The position numbers and the translations under genes were made by a program. Under the pieces are notes generated by a model. That model ran no database searches. It worked only from the letters and a program-made list of their open reading frames with translations, and was not told the origin of the DNA. From Pseudodesulfovibrio mercurii (GTDB lineage: Bacteria > Desulfobacterota > Desulfovibrionia > Desulfovibrionales > Desulfovibrionaceae), in contig NC_016803.1 of NCBI RefSeq assembly GCF_000189295.2, positions 780,001-812,000 on the forward strand: a DNA stretch of 32,000 nucleotides. Direction: 5' to 3'. Below, in pieces: positions 1-7,950 of this stretch. Positions within the stretch are counted from its first letter, which is position 1, and each line of letters opens with the position of its first letter.

Positions 1-106
1 ATGTTCTAAATGTTTGCCAATGGGTATGCAACCGCCAAACGCAAAACCCGCACGGGCAGCGTGGCGATCAGGGTCAGTACGACGTACCAATATGGGATGA
101 GGAGAG

Positions 107-874
107 CTAGCCTAGCTCTTTCTTGGAGCTGTCCCGTAGTAGTCGCTTGTTGGTACGGGATAGTAGGAAAAGGGTGTAGAGCGGGCCGGACACGAGGTAG
201 CCCAGGAAGAAGACGAAGCCGAGCACCTTCGGGCGCGACGCGATGAGCGAGAAAAGCAGGATCGCGGTCACCATCCAGCTGAAGGGATGAGCCTTGAAGG
301 CGCTGATTTCCTTGAAGGAGTAGAAACGGATGGTGCTGACCATGAAGAAGGACAGCACGTAGACCAGGACCAATGTGCCCACCGAAACCACGGAGTGCAT
401 GTACTCCTGCGGCACGTATTCGGTGAAGAGGACCAGGGTGGCCAGGGTACAGGCCGCCGCCGGGATGGGCAGCCCCACGAAATGCTTCTTGGAGGAGGTC
501 GCCGCCTGGACGTTGAACCGCGCCAGGCGCAGGGCCCCGCAGGCCATGAACAGGAAGGCGGCCATCAGGCCGAGGCGGCCGAAGTCGTTCAGGACCCAGA
601 GGTAAGCCATGACCGCCGGGACCACGCCGAAGGCGACCAGGTCGGCCAGGGAGTCGAGCTGGACGCCGAATTCGCTCTGGGTGTTGGTGATACGCGCCAC
701 CTTGCCGTCCAGCCCGTCGAACACGCAGCTGGCCAGGATGCACAGGGCGCAGGAGGCGATATCCCCCTGGATGGCCCAGGTCAGTCCCAGAAAGCCGACG
801 AACAGGCTGGCCGTGGTCAGCAGGTTCGGCAAGAGATAGACACTCTTATGGCGCGGCAATTTCTTTTCTACCAT
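107..874 (-). CDS. pssA: CDP-diacylglycerol--serine O-phosphatidyltransferase (CDP-alcohol phosphatidyltransferase family)
   Basis: 255-aa ORF. The CDP-alcohol phosphatidyltransferase signature is visible as DGLDGKVARITNTQSEFGVQLDSLADLVAFG. Several hydrophobic helices. Lies 27 nt downstream of psd on the same strand. Confidence 0.88.
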   Translation of the reverse strand: MVEKKLPRHKSVYLLPNLLTTASLFVGFLGLTWAIQGDIASCALCILASCVFDGLDGKVARITNTQSEFGVQLDSLADLVAFGVVPAVMAYLWVLNDFGRLGLMAAFLFMACGALRLARFNVQAATSSKKHFVGLPIPAAACTLATLVLFTEYVPQEYMHSVVSVGTLVLVYVLSFFMVSTIRFYSFKEISAFKAHPFSWMVTAILLFSLIASRPKVLGFVFFLGYLVSGPLYTLFLLSRTNKRLLRDSSKKELG

Positions 875-901
875 GGCGATCGGTTGCGTTCAGTCTCCGG
901 G

Positions 902-1549
902 TCAGGCGGCGCGTTTTTCCGCGACCACCGTTTCGCCCGCGACGGTCTTCTGACCGACGCTGACAGTTGGTACATAGCCATCCGGAATGTAAAGGTCAAC
1001 TCTTGATCCGAACTTAATAAGACCATACCGCTCGCCGCGCTTGAGCTTGTCGCCCGGCTCGGCCCAGCAGACGATGCGCCGGGCGATCAGCCCCGCGATC
1101 TGGACCATGGTGAACCGCTGGTTGCCCTTGCCGGTGACCACCAGGATGTTGCGCTCGTTGTCCTCGCTGGCCTTGTCGAAGGAGGCGTTGAAGAACTTGC
1201 CCGGAATGTAGCGGATGGTCTCGACCTTGCCGCTGACCGGCATGCGGTTCACGTGCACGTTGAGCATGTTCATGAAGATGGCGATGTACTGGCGGGTTTC
1301 CCCGGTGACGGGGTCCACGGCCCGGCCGACCTTGATGACCTTGCCGTCCGCCGGGGCGGACACGGCCTCGGCGTCCTCCGGACCGACCCGCTCGGGGTCG
1401 CGGAAGAAGTGCCCGATGAAGGCGGTGGCGGCCAGCCCGAGGACGGCCATGGGCCAGCAGCCGATGATGGCGAAGATCAGAGTGGTGAATGCCGCGATGA
1501 TGATATAGGGCAGCCCTTCCAGGGCGACGCCGACAGACGGTTTCAACAT
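902..1549 (-). CDS. psd: Phosphatidylserine decarboxylase proenzyme, short type
   Basis: Track ORF 902..1612 trimmed to the ATG at 1549 (MLKPSVGV...). AAGGAG (revcomp of 1561-1566) lies 11 nt upstream. N-terminal TM helix. C-terminal LIKFGSRVDLYIP contains the G-S self-cleavage site typical of the short PSD family. A TTG start at 1612 cannot be excluded. Confidence 0.82.
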   Translation of the reverse strand: MLKPSVGVALEGLPYIIIAAFTTLIFAIIGCWPMAVLGLAATAFIGHFFRDPERVGPEDAEAVSAPADGKVIKVGRAVDPVTGETRQYIAIFMNMLNVHVNRMPVSGKVETIRYIPGKFFNASFDKASEDNERNILVVTGKGNQRFTMVQIAGLIARRIVCWAEPGDKLKRGERYGLIKFGSRVDLYIPDGYVPTVSVGQKTVAGETVVAEKRAA

Positions 1550-1656
1550 GGCGCGTCGTGCTCCTTTTATACGAAGTTTCCGCTCCTTACCCTTGGCTCC
1601 CTCAAACCGCAAGTTTGTTTTTTACAATATATTCGCCGCAAGGTATACCCCCATCC

Positions 1657-2658
1657 ATGGACCCGGTCACGCACCTCTCCTCGGGCCTCATGGGCGGCCT
1701 GGCCGCGCGCAGGTGGTTTCCCGAAGCGAAATTCCTGCTGCCCGCCTGCGTGCTCGCGGCCTGGATTCCCGACGCGGACATCCTCTTCAGCGACGGCCCG
1801 GAGTTCAACCTGCTCTACCACCGGGGAGTCAGCACCTCCTTTTTCGGCACCCTGGTCCTGGCGCTGGCCCTGGCCGGGCTGTACAAGCTCGTTTCCCGGC
1901 GCACCCCGTTCGTGAAGATCGCCGCCCTGTTCTACGCCCTGACCCTGACCCACGTCTGGCTCGACCTGATCACCACCTACGGCACCCAGCTCCTCGCGCC
2001 CTTCTCCAACCACCGCTTCGCCCTGGACGGGGCCTTCATCATCGACCCGGTCTTCACCCTGACCGCGCTCGCCCTGCTGGCCACGGCCGGACTGGGCAAA
2101 AAGCATCGCCAGACCATCGCCCTGGTCGGCATGGCCTGGTTCTTCGCCTACCCCCTGGCCAACATGGCCGCCGGGGCAATACTCCAGAACGTCTACGCCC
2201 ACCGCCTCGACGCCCGAGGCGTGGCCCATGACCACGTCCGCGTCACCCCGGACGCCCTGTCCCCGCGCTTCTGGAAGGTGGTCGTCACCGCCGGTCCGGA
2301 CTACCTGCTCGACACCATGGACCTGTTCGGCGACCGCGAGCCCACCGCGCCCCTGCGCGTCAGACGGGCGGACAAGACGTTCCTGCGCGCCCTTGGCAAG
2401 CAGCAATCCATGTTCGCCACCTATGCCTGGTTCACCTTGTGGCCCTACGTGGAGGAGACCGACACGCCCGAGGGCCGGACCCTGGTCTTCCGCGATCTGC
2501 GCTTCGCCTCCACCAACCCGGTCATGACCTGGTACTACGACGGCAAACGGCTGCCCTTCACCCTGGTCGCCCACCTGGATCACACGGGCCGCCTCACGGC
2601 CTGGTCCTATGAGGGCGGGATCAGCGCCCTTGCCGACGCCGGGGAGCCGCCGCAGTGA
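1657..2658 (+). CDS. Membrane-bound metal-dependent hydrolase, YdjM/DUF457-like
   Basis: Track ORF 1558..2658 trimmed to the ATG at 1657. The N-terminus MDPVTHLSSGLMGG...WIPDADILF is the characteristic start of YdjM-type inner-membrane hydrolases. Several TM helices are followed by a soluble C-terminal part. Confidence 0.65.
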   Translation: MDPVTHLSSGLMGGLAARRWFPEAKFLLPACVLAAWIPDADILFSDGPEFNLLYHRGVSTSFFGTLVLALALAGLYKLVSRRTPFVKIAALFYALTLTHVWLDLITTYGTQLLAPFSNHRFALDGAFIIDPVFTLTALALLATAGLGKKHRQTIALVGMAWFFAYPLANMAAGAILQNVYAHRLDARGVAHDHVRVTPDALSPRFWKVVVTAGPDYLLDTMDLFGDREPTAPLRVRRADKTFLRALGKQQSMFATYAWFTLWPYVEETDTPEGRTLVFRDLRFASTNPVMTWYYDGKRLPFTLVAHLDHTGRLTAWSYEGGISALADAGEPPQ

Positions 2659-3521
2659 CCTGGTTCCTGCTCTCCGTGGGCGCGGCCTTTTTCATGGCCT
2701 CCAACTCCGCGTTCATAAAGCGATTCTTCTCGGACCTATCGCCCTGGGAAATGAGCCTGATCCCCTATTTCTACGGCCTGCCGCTTTTCCTCGCGGCGCT
2801 CATGTTCATCGACATCCCGCCCATCGGCCCCGATTTCCTCCCCTCCCTGGCCTGGGTGCTGCCCCTGCTCATGATCTCCATCGTCCTCTATTACCGCGCC
2901 ATCCACGTGTCGCCCCTGTCCCTGACCCTGCCCTTCCTCAGCTTCACCCCGGTCTTCGTCCTCTTCACCGGCGGGCTCATCCTGGACGAAAGCCTCAAGC
3001 CCCAGGGCATCCTGGGCATGCTCCTGGTCGTCGCGGGCGGCTACGTGCTCAACCTCGATTCAGCCCGCTACGGCCTGCTCGGCCCGGTCAAGGCGATCTG
3101 GAAGGAACCCGGCTCGGCCCTGATGCTCGTCGTGGCCGTGCTCTTCGGCCTGACCTCGGTGGGCGGCAAGGTCATCATCCTCAACTCCTCGCCCATGTTC
3201 GCCGCCGTGGTCATCTTCGCCCTGTACGGCGTCCTGCTGACCCTCATCCTCCTGGCCACGGGCAAGGCGTCCCTCAAGAACCTGACCCGTAAACCCCTGC
3301 TCGGCGCCGTTGCCGGACTGATCGTCTTCGCCGAAGCCGCCTGCCACAACACCGCCATGACCATGACCGCCGCAGCCTACATGATCACCATCAAACGCAC
3401 CGCGGGCATCTTCTCCGTGCTCTACGGCTGGCTCCTGTTCAAGGAAACCGGCATCCGCTTCCGCCTCATCGGCACCATCATCATGACCACCGGAGCCGCC
3501 GTCATCGCCCTGTGGGGGTAG
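2655..3521 (+). CDS. EamA/DMT-superfamily transporter
   Basis: 288-aa polytopic membrane protein with about 10 hydrophobic segments and two-halves EamA-like organisation. The GTG start overlaps the upstream stop (GTGA at 2655-2658), suggesting translational coupling. Confidence 0.75.
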   Translation: MTWFLLSVGAAFFMASNSAFIKRFFSDLSPWEMSLIPYFYGLPLFLAALMFIDIPPIGPDFLPSLAWVLPLLMISIVLYYRAIHVSPLSLTLPFLSFTPVFVLFTGGLILDESLKPQGILGMLLVVAGGYVLNLDSARYGLLGPVKAIWKEPGSALMLVVAVLFGLTSVGGKVIILNSSPMFAAVVIFALYGVLLTLILLATGKASLKNLTRKPLLGAVAGLIVFAEAACHNTAMTMTAAAYMITIKRTAGIFSVLYGWLLFKETGIRFRLIGTIIMTTGAAVIALWG

Positions 3522-3864
3522 ATGGATGCCTCCGGCAGCCGAGGGAAGGGGAAGAGGGAACCCTTTGAAAAGGGTTCCCTCTTCCCCTTCCCTCGCCCCC
3601 CCATCCCCTTCTCCTTCCTAAACTTTTTAGCGCCGCTTCGCGGGGTGGGTTGCGGGAAGGCGTATTTTATTATTGAAGCATGTACGGATGTGGTTGGCAC
3701 CGCGAAGAAGCACGGAGCGTGCGGACGCACGGCCCCCGCGAAGCGGCGCCAAAAAGTTTTGGAGAGTCCAGAGAACCTTTTTCAAAAGGTTCTCTGGCGG
3801 GGTCCGGGGCAGCGCCCCGGCCGCCGGAGGCGCCCGGCCGGCGAGGCCCCGCCGGAGGCCTCTT
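3522..3864. repeat. Structured intergenic repeat module, copy A (homologous to 7579..7950)
   Basis: Fills the whole spacer between convergent stop codons. Starts (AT)GGATGCCTCC like copy B. About 190 nt are shared with copy B at roughly 80 percent identity by eye. Internal 29-nt inverted arms 3617-3645 / 3734-3762 pair with 2 mismatches. A 14-bp hairpin lies at 3768-3797 and a 7-bp hairpin at 3804-3820. Confidence 0.85.
3540..3595. repeat. Perfect 27-bp-arm palindrome (purine-rich arm / pyrimidine-rich arm)
   Basis: CGAGGGAAGGGGAAGAGGGAACCCTTT-GA-AAAGGGTTCCCTCTTCCCCTTCCCTCG. Every position from 3540 to 3566 pairs with 3569 to 3595. Lies 19 nt after the EamA stop. No U-run follows, so it is not a canonical intrinsic terminator. 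Confidence 0.9.
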
Positions 3865-4884
3865 CTAGGTCAGGTAACGATAGAAGTCGCTGCCGAGTTT
3901 GTGGATGGGCAGGACCTTGCCGTCGAGGATGAATCCCTGGGGGATGAATTTGTCGGTCAGGTATTCGGCCGGGGGCTGGAAGCCGTTTTCGCGGGCGAGG
4001 ATGACCGAGGCGCGGGTGGCGGTGCTGTGGGCGACGAGCCCGTCTGGGAAGAAGGCGGCCCGGTCCAGGCCGTGGCCCACGGCGTGGATGAAGGCCCGGT
4101 ACTTGTCGAAACAGTTGTCCGCGTCCAGGGACTGCTGGATGCCCGCCATGACCTCGTTGGCCACGAAATCGACGTTCCGGCCGCGCACCAGATGGAAGGC
4201 GTGTTCGCGGGCAGGGTCTGCGAGCATGACGGACCCCGCGCCAAGGGCATGGACCAGGTCGTGGGTCCGCTCGCCGGACAGCGGGTCGCACTGGTAACCC
4301 AGGGTCTGGATGTCCGAGCAGCCGCCGCGCCGGGCCAGGATTTGCAGGGCCAGGAGCATGATGCCGGTCCCGGCCCCGAGGTCCACGCCCACGAAGGGCC
4401 CGCAGGCCGGGGCGGCGTCGGTCCGGGCCAGGACCGCGCGCAGGACGTGGGCCGCGCGCGGGGCGTCGGCCAGGACGCGCAGCACCGGGGACCACATGCG
4501 CAGCCGGTTCATGACCTCGATGTCGTCGCCCGGCTCGTTCATGGACTGGTGGCGCGAAAACTGTTCATAGAGCGCGGCCAGTTCGGCGTAAGGCACGGCG
4601 TCGCAATGGGCGTCCTCGTGCACGTAGGCAAAAAAGTATTTCACGGCCAGGTTGAGCAGCCGAGTGTCGGACACGGGCTCGTCGGGGTCGCACAGACGCT
4701 CCACGTCCGCGACCAGGGGGTCGGGGGTGTAGAAGTCCGGGGCGATGGCCGGGGCCGGGAGGCCGACCATGGCGGTGAAGTTCCGGGCCTGCATGCCCGC
4801 CGAGGCCAGGGGCGAGCCCGTCAATCCGCCGGGAATCGCGCCGTGGACGGGGCTCTGGATATGATCGATGGTCGTCTTGCTCAT
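3865..4884 (-). CDS. Hypothetical protein with class-I SAM-methyltransferase-like motif I
   Basis: Long ORF with GC3-rich codon usage. VGVDLGAGTGIMLLALQILARRG resembles Rossmann-fold methyltransferase motif I (VDLGxGxG). Nothing else is recognisable. The start is uncertain: ATG 4884 is chosen, with alternatives ATG 4950, ATG 4959 and TTG 4977, none having a strong SD. Confidence 0.55.
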   Translation of the reverse strand: MSKTTIDHIQSPVHGAIPGGLTGSPLASAGMQARNFTAMVGLPAPAIAPDFYTPDPLVADVERLCDPDEPVSDTRLLNLAVKYFFAYVHEDAHCDAVPYAELAALYEQFSRHQSMNEPGDDIEVMNRLRMWSPVLRVLADAPRAAHVLRAVLARTDAAPACGPFVGVDLGAGTGIMLLALQILARRGGCSDIQTLGYQCDPLSGERTHDLVHALGAGSVMLADPAREHAFHLVRGRNVDFVANEVMAGIQQSLDADNCFDKYRAFIHAVGHGLDRAAFFPDGLVAHSTATRASVILARENGFQPPAEYLTDKFIPQGFILDGKVLPIHKLGSDFYRYLT

Positions 4885-5034
4885 GGTCGTCCGGACGGTC
4901 GGGTTTGTACGGGAAATTGTTGCCGTCCAGCCCGTATCTGCACGGACCATACCGGCCATGGGCAAAACGATGCGCAAAAGTCACATTTTATCGATAGCGG
5001 AATAAAACCAAGCGTGTAGGGGAAAACGCCGGGC

Positions 5035-5066
5035 ATAAAAAAGGCCGGTCCCGGAGGGATCGGCCT
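5035..5066 (-). terminator. Intrinsic terminator after the last tRNA-Gly
   Basis: On the minus strand, GGCCGATCCC-TCC-GGGACCGGCC (stem 5043-5065) is followed by TTTTTTAT. Confidence 0.75.
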
Positions 5067-5075
5067 GGGTGTTCG

Positions 5076-5150
<75 letters not shown>

Positions 5151-5174
5151 GTGTCTTCGGCGGCGGGCTCCCCT

Positions 5175-5205
5175 AAAAAAGCCGGTCTCACGCGGAGACC
5201 GGCTT
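5175..5205 (-). terminator. Intrinsic terminator inside the tRNA array
   Basis: On the minus strand, AGCCGGTCTC-CGCGT-GAGACCGGCT (9 G/C-rich bp plus A-T extension, 5181-5203) is followed by TTTTTT. Confidence 0.7.
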
Positions 5206-5212
5206 GATTAGC

Positions 5213-5287
<75 letters not shown>

Positions 5288-5291
5288 CGAG

Positions 5292-5366
<75 letters not shown>

Positions 5367-5373
5367 GATTTTT

Positions 5374-5448
<75 letters not shown>

Positions 5449-5465
5449 CCTCAAAAGCGAACCAC

Positions 5466-5494
5466 TGTTTACCCGTGGCCCCGTTGGGTGTCAA
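5466..5494 (-). promoter_or_regulatory. Sigma-70-type promoter of the tRNA array
   Basis: Minus strand reads TTGACA (5494-5489), 17 nt, TAAACA (5471-5466), ending 17 nt before the first tRNA 5' end. An A/T-rich UP-like stretch GGATTTTAAAAAAATCC lies just upstream. Confidence 0.5.
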
Positions 5495-5671
5495 GCGTAT
5501 TTTGGATTTTTTTAAAATCCGGGAGAGTATGAACTCCCCGGAATTTTTGGCCTAATGGAAAGACTTTACTTTTTGGGCCTTTTTGGTATACCAACGCGCT
5601 TTAATTCAGTAGAAAAGGGGTTACACCCTTAGCTCCTCAACAGACTGCTCACTCCTGGAGGGGGAAGTTAT

Positions 5672-6034
5672 ATGGAAGCCAACGATCTGAAGTACTTTAA
5701 GGAAACCCTGAACGGCATGCTCGATGACATCCTCAAGAAGAGTGAGGCGACCATCGAAGACATGACCGAATCGGGCGAGGTCTATGCCGATCCGGCGGAC
5801 CGGGCCACGGCCGAGAGCGACCGGGCCTTCACCCTGCGTCTACGCGATCGCGAACGCAAGCTGATCAAGAAGATTCAGCAGGCCATCAACCGCATCGACG
5901 ATGGCGAATTCGGCATCTGTCAGGAATGCGGCGACGATATCTCCATTGCCCGGCTCAAGGCGCGGCCCATGACCACGCTGTGCATCAACTGCAAGAGCAA
6001 ACAGGAAGAAGACGAGGCCGTGCGCGGCGACTAG
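5672..6034 (+). CDS. dksA: RNA polymerase-binding transcription factor DksA (DksA/TraR C4 zinc finger)
   Basis: 120 aa. GGAGGGGG SD upstream. Coiled-coil tip motif DPADRAT (DxxDxA). C-terminal CQEC-x17-CINC zinc finger. Confidence 0.9.
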   Translation: MEANDLKYFKETLNGMLDDILKKSEATIEDMTESGEVYADPADRATAESDRAFTLRLRDRERKLIKKIQQAINRIDDGEFGICQECGDDISIARLKARPMTTLCINCKSKQEEDEAVRGD

Positions 6035-6060
6035 CCGCCCGACCCTGGACGGAGACGGCC

Positions 6061-7578
6061 ATGGAAGCCAACTTCTTCCGCTTCCTGAGTGCGGAACTCG
6101 CGTCCACTCTTGTCGGCCGCCGAATAGACAAGGTATTCGGCCCGGCCCCCGGCGTCTGGGTGCTGGCCATCCAGAACACGGGAGACCCCCTGCACCTGAT
6201 CTTCAGGCCCGCCAAATCGGCGGGCCATTTATTTCTCTCTGCGACCAAACCGGTCAATCCCCAGACCGCCCCGGCCATGGCCATGTGGTTCCGCAAGCGG
6301 CTCAGAAACCGCCGCATCCTGGCCGCGCACCGGGACTGGCCCAACCTGCGCCTGGCCCTCGAACTCTCCCCGCGCACCGACCCGGACGGCAAAACCTTCC
6401 TCATCCTGGACTGCCGCACCGGCCTGTCCCTGGCCGACGAGCTGCCGCCGACCTTTGCCGTCGAGCCCGAATGGCCCGCCCTGGAAGACGTCATCGAGGA
6501 CCAGGACATCTGGCGCGACCATCCGCACATCTCCCCGCCCCTGCGCAAGGTCCTGGCCGCCCTGCCCGAGGACCGGGCCCACGCCCTCTACTTCGCCGTG
6601 GCCACGGCCTCGGCCGACCGTTTTCACCTGACCCGGTCCGGCGACTCCTGGGCGCCCCCCACGGCCTGGCCGTCCGGCGGCGACGATGAAATCTTCGAAT
6701 CGGCCCTGGCCGCCGCCCAAACCTACGGCGAACGCACCCTCTTTCCCCTGCTCGACATGGAGGAGGACAAGGCACAGACCGTCCAGCTCAAGCGGCTGCG
6801 CAAGAAGCTCAAGCGCAACCTGGCCAGCCTGGACCAGGAACAGGCGCGCCTGGAACAGTTCGCCGCCGAACAGGTCAAGGCCGAGGCGCTCCAGGCCGAG
6901 CTCTACCGCTTCAAGGATGCCGAGGGCCTCGAGTCCGTGGACGTGACCCACCCGGTGCACGGCCCCATGACCGTGTCCCTCAACCCGTTCCTCTCGCCCA
7001 CCGAGAACATGGAGCGCTATTTCAAGCTGTCGGCCAAGGCACAGCGCGGTTTCCCGCACGTGGAACGCCGCCGCCGCGAACTCCTGGCCCAGCTCGCCCA
7101 GGCCGAGGACGGCACCCTCGAACTGCACCCGGCCCAGGCCGCCAAGGGCGACCCCGAGCCAGAAGGCCCCGCCTCCCTGCCCAAGCGGTTCCGGGGACTG
7201 GCCGTGCGCCTGTTCAAAACCACGGACGGCTTCACCGTCATCCGCGGCAAGAACAAGCAGGCCAACCACGACATCCTGAGCAAGGCGGCCTCGCCCTTCG
7301 ACTACTGGTTCCACGTGGAGGACGGCCCCAGCTCGCACGTCATCCTCAAACGCGACCACCCCGGCCAGGACGTGCCCGAATCCACTCTGGTCCAGGCCGC
7401 CATCCTCTGCGGCCTGAAAAGCTACCGCAAGGACGACGGCAAGGCCGACGTCATGTACGCCCTGGTCAAGGACGTGCGCAAAGTCAAAGGGTTCAACCCC
7501 GGCCAGGTCGCCGTCGACCGCAAACTCGGCACCCTCCGCGTCGAACTCGACCCCGACCTCGAACAAAAATTAGGGTAG
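6061..7578 (+). CDS. NFACT-family protein (FbpA/RqcH-like, with NFACT-R/DUF814 domain)
   Basis: Track ORF 5926..7578 trimmed to the ATG at 6061 (MEANFFRFLSAELASTLVGRRIDKVF, an NFACT-N-like start). Central coiled coil KRLRKKLKRNLASLDQEQARLEQF. C-terminal DYWFHVEDGPSSHVILK is the DUF814/NFACT-R signature. Confidence 0.78.
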   Translation: MEANFFRFLSAELASTLVGRRIDKVFGPAPGVWVLAIQNTGDPLHLIFRPAKSAGHLFLSATKPVNPQTAPAMAMWFRKRLRNRRILAAHRDWPNLRLALELSPRTDPDGKTFLILDCRTGLSLADELPPTFAVEPEWPALEDVIEDQDIWRDHPHISPPLRKVLAALPEDRAHALYFAVATASADRFHLTRSGDSWAPPTAWPSGGDDEIFESALAAAQTYGERTLFPLLDMEEDKAQTVQLKRLRKKLKRNLASLDQEQARLEQFAAEQVKAEALQAELYRFKDAEGLESVDVTHPVHGPMTVSLNPFLSPTENMERYFKLSAKAQRGFPHVERRRRELLAQLAQAEDGTLELHPAQAAKGDPEPEGPASLPKRFRGLAVRLFKTTDGFTVIRGKNKQANHDILSKAASPFDYWFHVEDGPSSHVILKRDHPGQDVPESTLVQAAILCGLKSYRKDDGKADVMYALVKDVRKVKGFNPGQVAVDRKLGTLRVELDPDLEQKLG

Positions 7579-7950
7579 GGATGCCTCCCCTTCCCCCGGA
7601 CCCCCAACCCCTCTCCCTTCCTAAACTTTTTATCGCCGCTTTGCGGGGCGGGTTATGGGGAATCTACTCTATCTTACTAAAATGTACGGATGCGATGTGG
7701 ACCCGAAACGACGCACGGAGTGTGCGAGCGCACGACTCCCGCGAAGCGGCATAAAAAGTTCTGGAGATTCTTAAGAACCTCTTTCAGCGCCAGCTCTTGG
7801 CGAGTCTTCGAGCTTTAGAGATGGCGACAGCAGCGATAGAGGTTCTTAAGCGGGTCCAGGGCAGCGCCCTGGCCGATCGCTGCTGTCCTCATCCGTAGGG
7901 CTCGAAGACTCGCCAACGGCTGGAGGCCCGTAGGCATGCTTCTCTTCCCT
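7579..7950. repeat. Structured intergenic repeat module, copy B (homologous to 3522..3864)
   Basis: Fills the spacer between the convergent NFACT and 321-aa genes. Begins GGATGCCTCC immediately after the stop. Inverted arms 7620-7648 / 7737-7764. Additional inverted pairs: 7770-7782/7838-7850, 7797-7813/7900-7916, 7826-7837/7876-7887. Hairpin at 7856-7872. Confidence 0.85.

Noticed and set aside
1-106. Possible start of a further minus-strand gene running off the 5' edge of the window (TTG at about 79, frame open to position 1).
   Set aside because: Only about 26 codons are visible, with no SD and no recognisable sequence. It cannot be supported from this window.
3680-3868. 62-aa ORF starting at the conserved ATGTACGGATG inside repeat copy A. 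Its counterpart in copy B is ATG 7682, a 30-aa ORF.
   Set aside because: Indels between the two copies shift the frame (MYGCGWHREEARS... versus MYGCDVDPKRRTE...) and the lengths differ twofold. Conservation is at the nucleotide and pairing level, not the protein level.
5926-6060. N-terminal extensions offered by the ORF track. Examples: the NFACT gene from 5926, GT4 from 13377, the Mog-like gene to 19452, DUF1614 to 20033, TVP38 to 25073, the psd gene to 1612.
   Set aside because: The extensions overlap neighbouring genes or are Arg/Pro-rich junk. Internal ATG or TTG codons with SD sequences and family-typical N-termini give better starts.
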